A DNA stretch of 32,000 bases from Blochmannia endosymbiont of Camponotus modoc (GTDB taxonomy: Bacteria > Pseudomonadota > Gammaproteobacteria > Enterobacterales > Enterobacteriaceae). Within the stretch, counting starts at the first letter, position 1. Each line of letters starts with the position of its first letter. Positions 1-10,447 of the stretch are shown here, piece after piece. The notes beneath the pieces were generated by a model that saw only the letters and a list, made by a program, of their open reading frames with translations, was not told the origin of the DNA and did not search any database. The stretch lies in the NCBI RefSeq assembly GCF_023585785.1, contig NZ_CP097765.1:90001-122000 (forward strand), written 5' to 3'. Position numbers and translations under genes: made by a program.

Positions 1-275
1 CGTCAGGAAAAAAAAATAAGCCGAACTGGTTTATGCAAATTGTTAATTTTTGGATCAGAAAGTATCTGTTTAAGCAATTTAATCAATTTGACCCTGATTG
101 GTATAATGGCGCTCACTTGGTAGGTTTGCGTAGTACGGTAATAAAAAGTCATGGAGCAGCTAATCAACACGCATTTATCGCCGCTATCACACAGGCAATG
201 CATTCCGTGGAACGGGAGGTTCCAGAAAAAATTTCTCATCAATTAAGCGCAGTGCTATCTAAAAATAATCATTAA
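1..275 (+). CDS. plsX: Phosphate acyltransferase PlsX, C-terminal part (5' end outside window)
   Basis: Translation ...[30 protein letters not shown]... matches the PlsX C-terminus; directly upstream of fabH as in enterics. The reading frame is open to the window edge. Confidence 0.9.
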   Translation, partial: SGKKNKPNWFMQIVNFWIRKYLFKQFNQFDPDWYNGAHLVGLRSTVIKSHGAANQHAFIAAITQAMHSVEREVPEKISHQLSAVLSKNNH

Positions 276-280
276 TATAC

Positions 281-1234
281 ATGTTTACTAGAATTCTTGG
301 AACAGGGAGTTATTTACCTAAAAACATTAGATCTAATATTGTTTTAGAAAAAATGGTAGATACATCGCATGAATGGATTGTCGCTCGTACTGGTATTCAA
401 GAACGGCGCATTTCTACCTCTGATGAAACTGTTGCCAAAATGGGTTATTTTGCTGCTAAAAGAGCTTTAGATATGTCTTGTGTGCACGCTGACAAAGTAG
501 GGATTATTATTGTTGCAACTACATCTTCCAGCCATGCATTTCCTAGTTCAGCATGTCAAATTCAACGTGATCTACATATACGAGATACTATTGCCTTCGA
601 CTTATCAGCAGCTTGTTCTGGATTTGTTTATGCACTAGGTGTAGCGGATCAATATGTTAAAAATGGAAGCGTAGATTATGCTTTGGTTGTAGGGTCAGAT
701 ACTTTAAGTCATACTTTAAATCCTAGAGATCGTGGAACGTTGGTTTTATTTGGGGATGGAGCAGGAGCAGTAGTACTTGGTCGCTCGAAAACACCAGGTA
801 TTATTTCTATTCACTTACATGCAGATGGAGATCATGGGGATTTATTGACTCTTCCTAATTGTAATAGGAAGAGTCCTTCTATATCTAATTATTTAACCAT
901 GTCTGGCAACAAAGTATTTAAAATAGCTGTTTCTGTTTTAGCACGTGTTATAGATGAAACTTTGAATGTTAATAATTTACATCAAGCTGAATTAGATTGG
1001 TTAGTCCCGCATCAGGCTAATTTAAGAATTATTTCTGCTACTGCTAAACGATTAGATATGGATATGAGAAAAGTAGTAATTACGATTGACAGACATGGGA
1101 ATACATCTGCAGCTTCTGTTCCTTTAGCGTTAGATGAAGCTGTACGTGATGGTCGTATCAAGTCAGGTCAATTAGTATTACTAGAAGCGTTTGGGGCTGG
1201 ATTTACCTGGGGTTCAGCGTTGTTACGGTTTTAA
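281..1234 (+). CDS. fabH: Beta-ketoacyl-ACP synthase III
   Basis: 317 aa; active-site contexts [16 protein letters not shown] and [13 protein letters not shown] (Cys-His-Asn triad); between plsX and fabD. Confidence 0.97.
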   Translation: MFTRILGTGSYLPKNIRSNIVLEKMVDTSHEWIVARTGIQERRISTSDETVAKMGYFAAKRALDMSCVHADKVGIIIVATTSSSHAFPSSACQIQRDLHIRDTIAFDLSAACSGFVYALGVADQYVKNGSVDYALVVGSDTLSHTLNPRDRGTLVLFGDGAGAVVLGRSKTPGIISIHLHADGDHGDLLTLPNCNRKSPSISNYLTMSGNKVFKIAVSVLARVIDETLNVNNLHQAELDWLVPHQANLRIISATAKRLDMDMRKVVITIDRHGNTSAASVPLALDEAVRDGRIKSGQLVLLEAFGAGFTWGSALLRF

Positions 1235-1260
1235 TTATGAGAGGAATATTAATTATTATG

Positions 1261-2196
1261 AATATATTAGCGGTAGTATTTCCAGGACAGGCAGCTCAAC
1301 AAGTAGGGATGCTAAACACTCTTTCGGAACATTATCCGTTAGTAAAAGAGACTTTTTCTGAAGTATCGGAGGTTCTAGGTTATGATATATGGAAATTGGT
1401 ACAACGTGGGCCTGCTACAGAATTAAATAAAACTTATCGAGCACAGCCGGCTATTTTAACAGCTTCAGTAGCTATTTGGAGAATATGGAAACAACAGGGA
1501 GGTTGTACACCAAAGATAATGGCTGGTCATAGTTTAGGAGAATATTCTGCTTTAGTATGCGCGGAAGGTATGGATTTGCATTCTGCAGTTAAATTAGTAA
1601 TGATACGTGGTATGTTGATGCAAGAAGTAGTACCGTATGGACGTGGAGCTATGTCTGTAATTATCGGGCTCAGTGATGATGTTGTTTTTGAATTATGCAA
1701 AGCAGTACAACAAGATCAAATTGTTTCTCCTGCTAGTTTTAATGGGCCTGGACATGTAGTTATTGCCGGACATAAAGAAGCAGTAAATCGTGTCAATTTG
1801 TGTTGTAAAAATGCAGGTGCAAAACATATACTTATGCTGCCGATTAGTGTTCCATCGCATTGCTCATTAATGAAACCAGTAGTTGTAAAGTTCAGAAAAG
1901 AATTAGAAAAAATCGTTATCACTACTCCTAGAATACCAGTAGTAAATAATGTTGATGCGTGTGTTGAGTGGGAACCTAAAGATATTCGTAATGCATTAAT
2001 ACGGCAATTATATACTCCGGTGCGTTGGAATGAAATCATGCAATATTGCATTCATCAAAAAATTAAGAGATTTTTAGAAATGGGACCTGGTAAAATATTA
2101 ACTGGATTGATACGTAATACTGTTAGTGATGTGTTTAGTTTGTCAGTAAATGATCCTGTTTCTTTATCAGAAGCAATTAGAATTAATAAGAATTAA
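1261..2196 (+). CDS. fabD: Malonyl-CoA-ACP transacylase
   Basis: GHSLGEYSAL nucleophile motif and VFPGQAAQQVGM N-terminus. The ORF opens at 1237, but ATG 1261 (MNILAVVFPGQ) fits homologues better. Confidence 0.95.
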   Translation, partial: NILAVVFPGQAAQQVGMLNTLSEHYPLVKETFSEVSEVLGYDIWKLVQRGPATELNKTYRAQPAILTASVAIWRIWKQQGGCTPKIMAGHSLGEYSALVCAEGMDLHSAVKLVMIRGMLMQEVVPYGRGAMSVIIGLSDDVVFELCKAVQQDQIVSPASFNGPGHVVIAGHKEAVNRVNLCCKNAGAKHILMLPISVPSHCSLMKPVVVKFRKELEKIVITTPRIPVVNNVDACVEWEPKDIRNALIRQLYTPVRWNEIMQYCIHQKIKRFLEMGPGKILTGLIRNTVSDVFSLSVNDPVSLSEAIRINKN

Positions 2197-2225
2197 TATA
2201 TTTGTATAAGAGGAGTATATGTAGG

Positions 2226-2960
2226 ATGAATTTTAATGGAAAAATTGTCTTAGTAACTGGTGCTCGTCGCGGTATTGGTCGTGCTATTATCGAAATGTTT
2301 GCAATATATGGAGCTACTGTAATAGGAACTGCAACTAGTGAATTAGGCGTGAAAGACATTAATAGGTATTTAAGAAATCAAGGGAAAGGGATGCAATTGA
2401 ATGTTGCGGATAAATGTTCTGTCGATCTTTTTTTTGAAAAAATGCGTCAAGAATTTGATAGTGTTGATATATTAGTGAATAATGCTGGTATCGTTCAAGA
2501 TAATATTTTGTTATATATGAAAGATGATGCATGGCAATCTGTTATTGATGTAAATTTAACTGCTGTATACCGTATGTCTAAAGCGGTAATAAAATCGATG
2601 ATAAAAAAACATTATGGTAGAATTATTAATATTGGTTCTGTAGTTGGTGTTATGGGCAACGCTGGGCAATCAAATTATTCGGCTGCTAAATCAGGGTTGA
2701 TTGGGTTCACAAAATCTTTAGCTCGTGAAGTTGCTTCGAGAGGCATTACGGTTAATCTGGTAACACCAGGATTTATTTGTACAGATATGGTTAAAAAATT
2801 AACTGATAAACAAAAAAATGATATTTTATTACAAATACCAGTTAATCGTTTTGGAGATCCAAAAGATGTGGCTTATGCGGTAATATTTTTTGCCTCTGAT
2901 CATTCAAACTATATTACTGGACAAACGATGCATATTAACGGGGGAATGTATATGGGTTAA
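2226..2960 (+). CDS. fabG: 3-oxoacyl-ACP reductase
   Basis: MNFNGKIVLVTGARRGIGRAI, NNAG, and YxxxK in NYSAAKSGL. The ORF opens at 2202; the internal ATG at 2226 is the likely start. Confidence 0.97.
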   Translation: MNFNGKIVLVTGARRGIGRAIIEMFAIYGATVIGTATSELGVKDINRYLRNQGKGMQLNVADKCSVDLFFEKMRQEFDSVDILVNNAGIVQDNILLYMKDDAWQSVIDVNLTAVYRMSKAVIKSMIKKHYGRIINIGSVVGVMGNAGQSNYSAAKSGLIGFTKSLAREVASRGITVNLVTPGFICTDMVKKLTDKQKNDILLQIPVNRFGDPKDVAYAVIFFASDHSNYITGQTMHINGGMYMG

Positions 2961-3093
2961 TTTATTCTATGTGATTTATTTTAAATAAAAATATAAGAAA
3001 ATAAAAATGTATTTTATTCATCGTTTGCAGTGTGGTGTGTTTTATATTTTTGGATACTATTATATAAGCGCATGTTGATAGGAAAATAAAAAT

Positions 3094-3345
3094 ATGAGTA
3101 CTATAGAAGAAAAAGTAAAAACAATTATCTCTGAACAATTAGGGGTTAAACAAGAGGAAGTAGTAAATCATGCTTCATTTGTTGATGATCTTGGAGCTGA
3201 TTCTCTTGATACTGTTGAGTTGGTTATGGCGTTAGAGGAAGAGTTTGATACTGAAATTCCAGATGAAGAAGCTGAGAAAATTACAACTGTTCAGGCGGCA
3301 ATAGATTTTATTAGTAATAGTCATCAACAAAATAAGAGTAATTAA
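3094..3345 (+). CDS. acpP: Acyl carrier protein
   Basis: 83 aa with the phosphopantetheine site [22 protein letters not shown]. Confidence 0.98.
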   Translation: MSTIEEKVKTIISEQLGVKQEEVVNHASFVDDLGADSLDTVELVMALEEEFDTEIPDEEAEKITTVQAAIDFISNSHQQNKSN

Positions 3346-3976
3346 TTATAAACTGATATCTTTATCTTGTTGTATTAAATAATATATGAATGATTTTTAG
3401 CGCATTATATTCATAATCATAATATAAATTGAATTCTATTGGAGATAGTTCTTGTTATGTATACATTTGATTAAATGTGCAAGTATTATATTTATCTAGG
3501 TTAATAACTTAATATACTGATTAAGTGTAAGCGCGTATTATTGATTAATAAATTCACGAATTATTTCTTATGAATAAATCGAATTATAGTATGAAAAATA
3601 GTAATAATAGTATATGAACATTAAAAGATAGTAGTTTCAAAAAATCTGTTTCTATAGAGAACATTATGAATATTAGTATAAATCGTTTTGTTTTATTATA
3701 ATATCAAAGATATTATAAGAGCTATATGATAATCAGGTTAGAATAAAAATTTGTGTACATAGAGATATAGGGTAAGATAGATATTAATTGTATGTGTGCT
3801 GATATTATATGCGTTAATGTGTGATTATGTTTATTTTAATGTGAGTAACGCATAGTGCATATAAATAAAAAATAATTGTTTATCTTTTTGTTGTGTATGA
3901 TCATTAAGAATTGTTTTAGTATTAATTATATTAAATAATTATTAACATTATTAAACATTTACTGATTGAGATTAAC

Positions 3977-4801
3977 ATGTATTGGGTGAATGGAATTTCA
4001 AAAAAAACAATATCATTAAATAATCGTGCTTTACATTTTGGGGATGGATTTTTTACGACTGCTAAAGTACAGAATGGAAAAATAGATTTTTTAGATTGGC
4101 ATATGGATAGATTGGTTATCTCAGCAAAAAGGTTAATATTTAACAATTTTAATTTTAATCTTCTATATAAAGAAATGCAGCAAGCGGCTGCATATAATGA
4201 TATATATAGTGTTATTAAAGTAATAATAAGTAGGAGTAATAGTCACAGATTATATGGATATCGATGTAATAATGATATTGAACCATTACGTATAATTCAT
4301 GTTAGTCGATTGCCAAAATATTACGCGCGCTGGATTCATTCTGGGATTCGCTTAAGAACGAGTATTGTGCGGTTAGCACGTAATGCTTGCTTGGCAGGAA
4401 TAAAGCATCTTAATAGATTGGAACAAGTTATGATTGCCATTTGGGTAAGCAAAAGCGAAACAACTGATGAAGCACTAGTTTTAGACACTGATGGAAACGT
4501 GGTAGAATGTTGTAGTGCCAATATTTTTTGGAGATATAAATACCAAGTATTTACTCCATCTTTATATTATTCTGGTGTTAATGGAATTATGCGTCAATTG
4601 GTATTAAAATTATTACCAAAATTAGGCTACTGTATACGAGAAGTGATGGTTGGACCTGAACATTTAAAAAGTGCAAATGAAGTTTTTATTACAAATTCTT
4701 TATTACCGTTAGCGCCAGTTAATTCAATTGATGATTGTGTGTATTCGGATAGGACATTATTTCATTTGCTACATTTTCATGTTATACATAATAAAATTTA
4801 A
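3977..4801 (+). CDS. pabC: Aminodeoxychorismate lyase
   Basis: Fold IV PLP enzyme: FGDGFFTTAKV, LAGIKHLNRLEQV, DEALVLDTDGNVVECCSANIFW, GVNGIMRQ; syntenic position. Confidence 0.95.
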   Translation: MYWVNGISKKTISLNNRALHFGDGFFTTAKVQNGKIDFLDWHMDRLVISAKRLIFNNFNFNLLYKEMQQAAAYNDIYSVIKVIISRSNSHRLYGYRCNNDIEPLRIIHVSRLPKYYARWIHSGIRLRTSIVRLARNACLAGIKHLNRLEQVMIAIWVSKSETTDEALVLDTDGNVVECCSANIFWRYKYQVFTPSLYYSGVNGIMRQLVLKLLPKLGYCIREVMVGPEHLKSANEVFITNSLLPLAPVNSIDDCVYSDRTLFHLLHFHVIHNKI

Positions 4802-5177
4802 AATATTTACAATGTTGTTTAAAATAATATATATATAAAATATTTATGCTCTCTGTTAGTTATAATTATATGTTGTATTAATTTCTTTAAAAGTAACTAA
4901 TAATTTCAATAATAATTGTTATTTAAGATATTACTATGTAGAGTAAAACATGATATTTGCATCCGTAGGATATAAATCGTGTTTGGCAATCCTTGTAAGA
5001 TTGATTAGGTTTTATTATTTTGGGTTTTATGGTTATATATTTGAAAAGATACGATTAGAGCATATATAAGATTATATGTTTTAATTATTGTTTATTTTCA
5101 TCAATATATGAAATTTTATGGACTTTAATAAATAATTAAATAATTAAATAAAAACGATTACACACATTTATATCAGG

Positions 5178-5825
5178 ATGCTCTATGCTATGGACAATAG
5201 GTTTATTACGATTGAAGGGTTAGATGGCGCTGGAAAAACTACTATTACTCATAGAATAAGTAAATACTTAAAAAATCAATATGGTGTAACCAATATTTTG
5301 ACTACTCATGAACCCGGTGGGACGCCAGTTTCGGATTTTTTACGTGTATTGATTAAATATGGCGGTCCTATGAATGAACCTATCAATAGTATATCAGAAT
5401 TATTAATGATATACGCTGCGCGATTACAATTGATAGAAAATGTTATTAAACCATCCTTATCTCAAGGTTATTGGGTAATTGGAGATAGATTTGATTTGTC
5501 TTCTCAGGCGTATCAAGGAGGCGGAAGAGAAATTGATATATTATTGTTACATGCTTTATCAGATAGGATCACAAATACCTTATCTCCAGATTTGACATTT
5601 TATCTTGATATTTCTCCAGAATTAAGCATATCTCGTATAAATCATAGACAGAAATTAGATCGTATTGAACAGGAGCCTCTGAGTTTTTTTGATCGCGTGC
5701 GTTCTTGTTACAAAAAATTAGCTTCTGAAAGAAAAAATATTGTCACGATTGATGCTACTCAAAGTTTAGAAGAAGTTTCCGTGTCTATTTATAGACATTT
5801 AGATTGGTGGTTCTTGCATCCGTAG
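5178..5825 (+). CDS. tmk: Thymidylate kinase
   Basis: P-loop FITIEGLDGAGKTT, DRFDLSSQAYQGGGR; alternative start at 5190 (MDNRFITIEG). Confidence 0.97.
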   Translation: MLYAMDNRFITIEGLDGAGKTTITHRISKYLKNQYGVTNILTTHEPGGTPVSDFLRVLIKYGGPMNEPINSISELLMIYAARLQLIENVIKPSLSQGYWVIGDRFDLSSQAYQGGGREIDILLLHALSDRITNTLSPDLTFYLDISPELSISRINHRQKLDRIEQEPLSFFDRVRSCYKKLASERKNIVTIDATQSLEEVSVSIYRHLDWWFLHP

Positions 5826-5837
5826 GAATAATCTATA

Positions 5838-6839
5838 ATGAGATGGTATCCTTGGTTAGATAGTACTTATAATCAAATATTAAATGCTTATCAACAAGAT
5901 AGAGGACATCATGCTCTACTTTTAAATAGTAAACGAAACAATGGTGAAAATACTTTAATTTATGCTATTGCACGTTGGTTAATTTGTTCTCATCCTGACG
6001 CGAATCGATATTGCAATATTTGTTATGATTGTAGATTAATGAACGTAGGACATCATCCAGATTATTACGAAATAGGTCCTGAAAATAATACTCAAACTAT
6101 AGGTGTAGATACTATGCGTGCTTGTATTAATTCTTTACGCAAACATGCATGCCGAAGCAAAGTAAAAATTATATATATAGAATATGTGGAATGTTTAACG
6201 GATCAGGCTGTTAATGCATTGTTAAAAACACTTGATGAACCCCCAACAAATACTTATTTTTTTTTTAAAACTCGAGATTACATGAAAATATCATTAACGT
6301 TGTTGAGTCGATGTATGCGATGGTCTATTATATCTCCGAAAGAATCGATAGGATTACAGTGGTTAATGAAAAATAGAGAAGGGATAAGTGATATTTTGTT
6401 GGCACAATGCGCATTACGGTTGTGTGATGGATCGCCTATAGAAGCTGCAGATATGTTTAAATTAGGTTTATGGAAACAACGATTAGAATTGTGCAAATGT
6501 ATAAATTATGTAATTGCAAACGGGGATTTTTTAAAACTTGTGCCATTTTTAAATACTTGTAAGAATGATGTATATTTGTATTGGTTTATAACTGTACTTG
6601 TAGATGCATTAAAATGGAAGAAAGGGATAAAAAAAAGATTTTTAATAAATTTAGATCAAGTAGAATTGATTACTGTTATTACAGTTCATTGGAGTATTGT
6701 ATCTTTAAGTCGTCAGTTACAACAATGGTTGGTGCTGTTACGTTATTTTCAAGAATTTACTAATATTGATCGCGAGTTATTATTGACTTATCGATTATTA
6801 AACTGGCAACAAGATATTGTTGAATCTTGTTTGTATTAA
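5838..6839 (+). CDS. holB: DNA polymerase III subunit delta prime
   Basis: MRWYPWLDSTYNQIL..., zinc-binding CNICYDC, TDQAVNALLKTLDEPP; adjacent to tmk. Confidence 0.93.
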   Translation: MRWYPWLDSTYNQILNAYQQDRGHHALLLNSKRNNGENTLIYAIARWLICSHPDANRYCNICYDCRLMNVGHHPDYYEIGPENNTQTIGVDTMRACINSLRKHACRSKVKIIYIEYVECLTDQAVNALLKTLDEPPTNTYFFFKTRDYMKISLTLLSRCMRWSIISPKESIGLQWLMKNREGISDILLAQCALRLCDGSPIEAADMFKLGLWKQRLELCKCINYVIANGDFLKLVPFLNTCKNDVYLYWFITVLVDALKWKKGIKKRFLINLDQVELITVITVHWSIVSLSRQLQQWLVLLRYFQEFTNIDRELLLTYRLLNWQQDIVESCLY

Positions 6840-6855
6840 TGGAGTATATAATGTT

Positions 6856-7641
6856 ATGTTTTTGGTGGATTCCCATTGTCATTTAAATCAATTGAATTAT
6901 CAAGATGTTCACAAAAATGTCTCAGATGTGTTAAAAAAAGCTAAACAAAAGGGGGTTCAATTAGTCTTGTCGGTCAGTCTTACTATGTCGGATTATGATG
7001 ATATGGTAAAATTAATCGGATATAGAAGTGATGTTGTGTTTTCTTGTGGAGTACATCCCACACATATATATGATATTAATAATTTTGACAGCGAAAAATT
7101 GTATGTTTTGTCTTCTAAAAGGAATGTAGTAGCTATCGGTGAAACTGGATTGGATTATTATCATCGATTAGAATCAGATAGCAAAAAAAAGCAAAAAAAA
7201 GCATTTAGAGAACATATTCGTGTTGCTAAAGTAGCAAAAAAGCCAATTATTGTACATAGTCGCGATTCTTGCAAGGATACTGTCACTCTTTTACGATCAG
7301 AAGAAGCAGAGGAATGTGGTGGTGTATTGCATTGTTTTAGCGAAGATATAGATACTGCAAGATTATTGTTAAATCTCAATTTTTATATATCTTTTTCTGG
7401 AATGATAACGTTTACTAAATCTTATATGATGCAGGAAGTAATTAAATATGTACCTTCCGACCGTATTTTGTTAGAAACTGATTCTCCTTATCTAACTCCA
7501 GTTCCTTATAGAGGGCAAGAGAATCAACCTGCTTACATATATGAAATTGCCAAATACGTAGCGTCTATAAAAAATATAAATATAGATGAGTTAGCAGCCA
7601 TCACTACATCTAATTTTCGTACCTTATTTCATTTGAAATAA
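6856..7641 (+). CDS. ycfH: TatD-family metal-dependent hydrolase (YcfH-like)
   Basis: MFLVDSHCHLN, AIGETGLDYY, PIIVHSRDS, LETDSPYLTP. The ORF opens at 6817; ATG 6856 fits the family. Confidence 0.93.
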   Translation: MFLVDSHCHLNQLNYQDVHKNVSDVLKKAKQKGVQLVLSVSLTMSDYDDMVKLIGYRSDVVFSCGVHPTHIYDINNFDSEKLYVLSSKRNVVAIGETGLDYYHRLESDSKKKQKKAFREHIRVAKVAKKPIIVHSRDSCKDTVTLLRSEEAEECGGVLHCFSEDIDTARLLLNLNFYISFSGMITFTKSYMMQEVIKYVPSDRILLETDSPYLTPVPYRGQENQPAYIYEIAKYVASIKNINIDELAAITTSNFRTLFHLK

Positions 7642-7918
7642 AATTATAATAATATTATGTATTAATTTGTATGTATGTATGAATAGATTATTGTTCGTAT
7701 TTTTGTTAATTTTTAGAGTATAATAATTATACTGGCGTTGAATTGTGCTTCAGTTAATGTGAGATTCATTGATGTGGTAATTATAGAACAAAATATAAGG
7801 GATAGTATTTTGAAGTAATGTAGTATCTGTATTTGTTGTTTTAAGAGTATAATGTTATTTGGTGTATTTAAAAAAAATTATTGTAGAATTCATATGATTT
7901 TTAGGAATAGAATAAGTT

Positions 7919-8269
7919 ATGAAAAAAGACAATATTTTTATGAATATTATTCAAAAAAAAGTTGAAACCGATATCTTATATCAAGATGAGTTAGTTACCG
8001 CATTTTATGATTTAAATCCTAAGGCACCTGTTCATGTATTAATTGTTCCTAATATCTTGATTCCTACTGTTAATCATGTAACAACTCATGATGAAATAAT
8101 ATTAGGTAGATTATTTATAGTAGCAGCAAAAATCGCTGCACAAAAGAATATACATTCTTCAGGTTATCGTTTAATAGTTAATTGTAATGATCATTCTGGC
8201 CAAGAAATTTATCATCTTCATATGCATTTATTAGGTGGAAAGCCTTTGGGTCCTTTGTTGCAGAAGTAA
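7919..8269 (+). CDS. hinT: HIT-family purine nucleoside phosphoramidase
   Basis: 116 aa with HIT motif HLHMHLLGG, KAPVHVLIVPN and DHSGQEIYH. Confidence 0.95.
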   Translation: MKKDNIFMNIIQKKVETDILYQDELVTAFYDLNPKAPVHVLIVPNILIPTVNHVTTHDEIILGRLFIVAAKIAAQKNIHSSGYRLIVNCNDHSGQEIYHLHMHLLGGKPLGPLLQK

Positions 8270-8458
8270 CATAGTTTGATTAAAAATGAATTTTTAAATC
8301 AATTGTGCGTTTTTTTTAAATAAGATAGCGTACTTATATATATGCATGATGCATAGATAACGAAGCGCGGTGCTTGTTGTATCAAATTCATATAATTAAA
8401 TAAAAAATTTAAAAAAAGTAATATTAAATTTTATTGTCAACAATAGAATATATATATT

Positions 8459-8995
8459 ATGATTGTAAATAAACAAATAATGTATCTATTTCTTAGTATG
8501 ATTTTTTTAGATAATATTGGTTTGTGTGACAATAATGTGCCTATTTTGACGACAGAACCTACTTTATTAATACCACAAAAAATTAATTTAATTAATTGGC
8601 AACCGGTTTTATTAAGAATGCTTCAGAGTGTATTTTTTTTTGATAGTATCGAACGTGATAGCGTATTATTGGTAAATATGGTAAAGAATAAAACTGATGG
8701 TATTTTGCAGTCTAGCAAAATTACGAATATTTTGATTAATTATATTATAGAGAATACCAGCAAATATAATGTTATCGATATGGAAGTACTGTATTCTGTG
8801 TATAGGAAATTAGGTATGTTGCCAGAAGATAATAGAAATTCTTATAGTTTTTCTATGAAAATTGCAAATTATTTAAAAGCTAATTATATTTTGTATGGCA
8901 CTGCCTATGGAGATGCATTAAAACCAAATTTAGAATTGCAATTAATATCCGTTAAGACCGGTGAGATTTTACGTGTTGTCAATAGTTCTGTATAG
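8459..8995 (+). CDS. lpoB: Penicillin-binding protein activator LpoB (YcfM)
   Basis: Similarity to the LpoB globular domain (KNKTDGILQSSKITNILINYI, GMLPEDNRNS, ANYILYGTAYGDALKPNLELQLISVKTGEIL); downstream of hinT. Lipobox is weak. Confidence 0.82.
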   Translation: MIVNKQIMYLFLSMIFLDNIGLCDNNVPILTTEPTLLIPQKINLINWQPVLLRMLQSVFFFDSIERDSVLLVNMVKNKTDGILQSSKITNILINYIIENTSKYNVIDMEVLYSVYRKLGMLPEDNRNSYSFSMKIANYLKANYILYGTAYGDALKPNLELQLISVKTGEILRVVNSSV

Positions 8996-9241
8996 AGGAT
9001 ATGAAAAGTTCTTAATAATATTGAAATGTTAGTAATTTAAAAAACTCTTTTAAGAGACTGAGAAATATAATACTGAGGAATAATTCAGTTATTAAAATTT
9101 AATTAAAGTAATTATATTTATAATTTCAATAAATTTTGTATCTGTATGCATATGTGTATGTAATCATATATTTCATATAATGTAAAATATATGATTGTGT
9201 ATTATTTTTTTATATTTATGAGGTAACTTAAACAAATATTG

Positions 9242-10447
9242 ATGCATCGATCAACTATATTGTTTATTGCGCTACGTTATATTTCAGGAAAATCGATAGA
9301 TCAATTTGGTCGGTATATTTATTGGTTTTCTAGTTTTTCTATTATGATTGGTGTGATGGCTACAATAACCGTGTTATCAGTCATGAACGGTTTTGAGCGT
9401 GAGTTAAAACAAAATCTTCTTAATTTTATACCTCATGCGTTACTCACGACCCCTAAAGGATACGTACATGTTAGAGACAAACCAAATTTAGTATTAGATC
9501 AACTACACAATATAACACGCAAGGAACCATTGGTCATATCCGATGTGATATTACAAAGTTCCAATAAAATGTCGTTTGGGGTGATGTTAGGGATCAATCC
9601 AAATTGTTTTGAACCGTTGTGTGATTATTTGCTAAAGAAACATGAAAATCAATTGGTTTTAGGAAAATATTATATAATTCTTGGCGCAGCATTAGCAAAA
9701 AAAATTGAAGCAAATATCAATGATCAAATTCGTTTGATTATTCCTTCTGTTATGCAGATCACTCCTATTGGCTATATCCCCAGTCAACGATTGTTTACGG
9801 TATTAGATATTTTTATTACTAACAGTGAAGTTGATTCTTATCAAGTATTAGTTCATCAATCAGATGCTGCTGCGTTAATGCATTATCCATTACAATGTGT
9901 TACTGGGTGGCGTTTATGGCTAAATGAACCATTTTTACTCAGTGACTATACTCAACAATTGCGATTACATACAGACTGGATTTGGAAGGATTGGAGAGAA
10001 TATAAAGGATCTTTATTTCAAGCGATGAAAATGGAAAAAAATATAATGTCTTTGTTGTTAGGTTTAATTATAATAGCAGCAGGTTTTAACATTGTTGCTT
10101 TTTTAGTATTATTAATATTGGAAAAACAAATAGAAATTGCAATACTCAAAACATATGGTTTCACTCGCCGCCAGATTATTTTGCTGTTTATGGTTCAAGG
10201 AGTTACTAATGGTTTTTTTGGTATTATATTGGGAACAATATTAGGAGTATTGTTATCTCATAAGTTAAATAAAATATTATTATTTTTAAAAATATTTCCA
10301 GATACTATATTTTTACCTATAGAAATAAAATATTCTCAAATATTAAGTATCATATTTATGACGTTTATTATGATCTTATTGGCTACGCTATACCCATCGT
10401 GGCGAGCAGCTTCCTTTCATCCTGCAAAAATTTTACGTTATGGCTGA
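9242..10447 (+). CDS. lolC: Lipoprotein-releasing ABC transporter permease LolC
   Basis: FtsX/LolC-type permease ([16 protein letters not shown]), upstream of lolD. The track opens at a TTG at 9239; ATG is at 9242. Confidence 0.92.
   Translation: MHRSTILFIALRYISGKSIDQFGRYIYWFSSFSIMIGVMATITVLSVMNGFERELKQNLLNFIPHALLTTPKGYVHVRDKPNLVLDQLHNITRKEPLVISDVILQSSNKMSFGVMLGINPNCFEPLCDYLLKKHENQLVLGKYYIILGAALAKKIEANINDQIRLIIPSVMQITPIGYIPSQRLFTVLDIFITNSEVDSYQVLVHQSDAAALMHYPLQCVTGWRLWLNEPFLLSDYTQQLRLHTDWIWKDWREYKGSLFQAMKMEKNIMSLLLGLIIIAAGFNIVAFLVLLILEKQIEIAILKTYGFTRRQIILLFMVQGVTNGFFGIILGTILGVLLSHKLNKILLFLKIFPDTIFLPIEIKYSQILSIIFMTFIMILLATLYPSWRAASFHPAKILRYG

Noticed and set aside
3-242. 79-aa minus-strand ORF over plsX
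   Set aside because: Antisense shadow of a clearly coding plus-strand frame; no family resemblance.
1716-2051. 111-aa minus-strand ORF inside fabD
   Set aside because: Fully overlaps the confident fabD CDS; composition looks like a shadow ORF.
3931-4521. Minus-strand ORFs 3931-4146 and 4336-4521 over pabC
   Set aside because: Antisense to confidently identified pabC; no domain signal.
6278-6763. ORFs 6278-6496 (-) and 6581-6763 (+) within holB
   Set aside because: Alternate-frame ORFs in a confident CDS.
7161-7379. 72-aa minus ORF in ycfH
   Set aside because: Antisense shadow.
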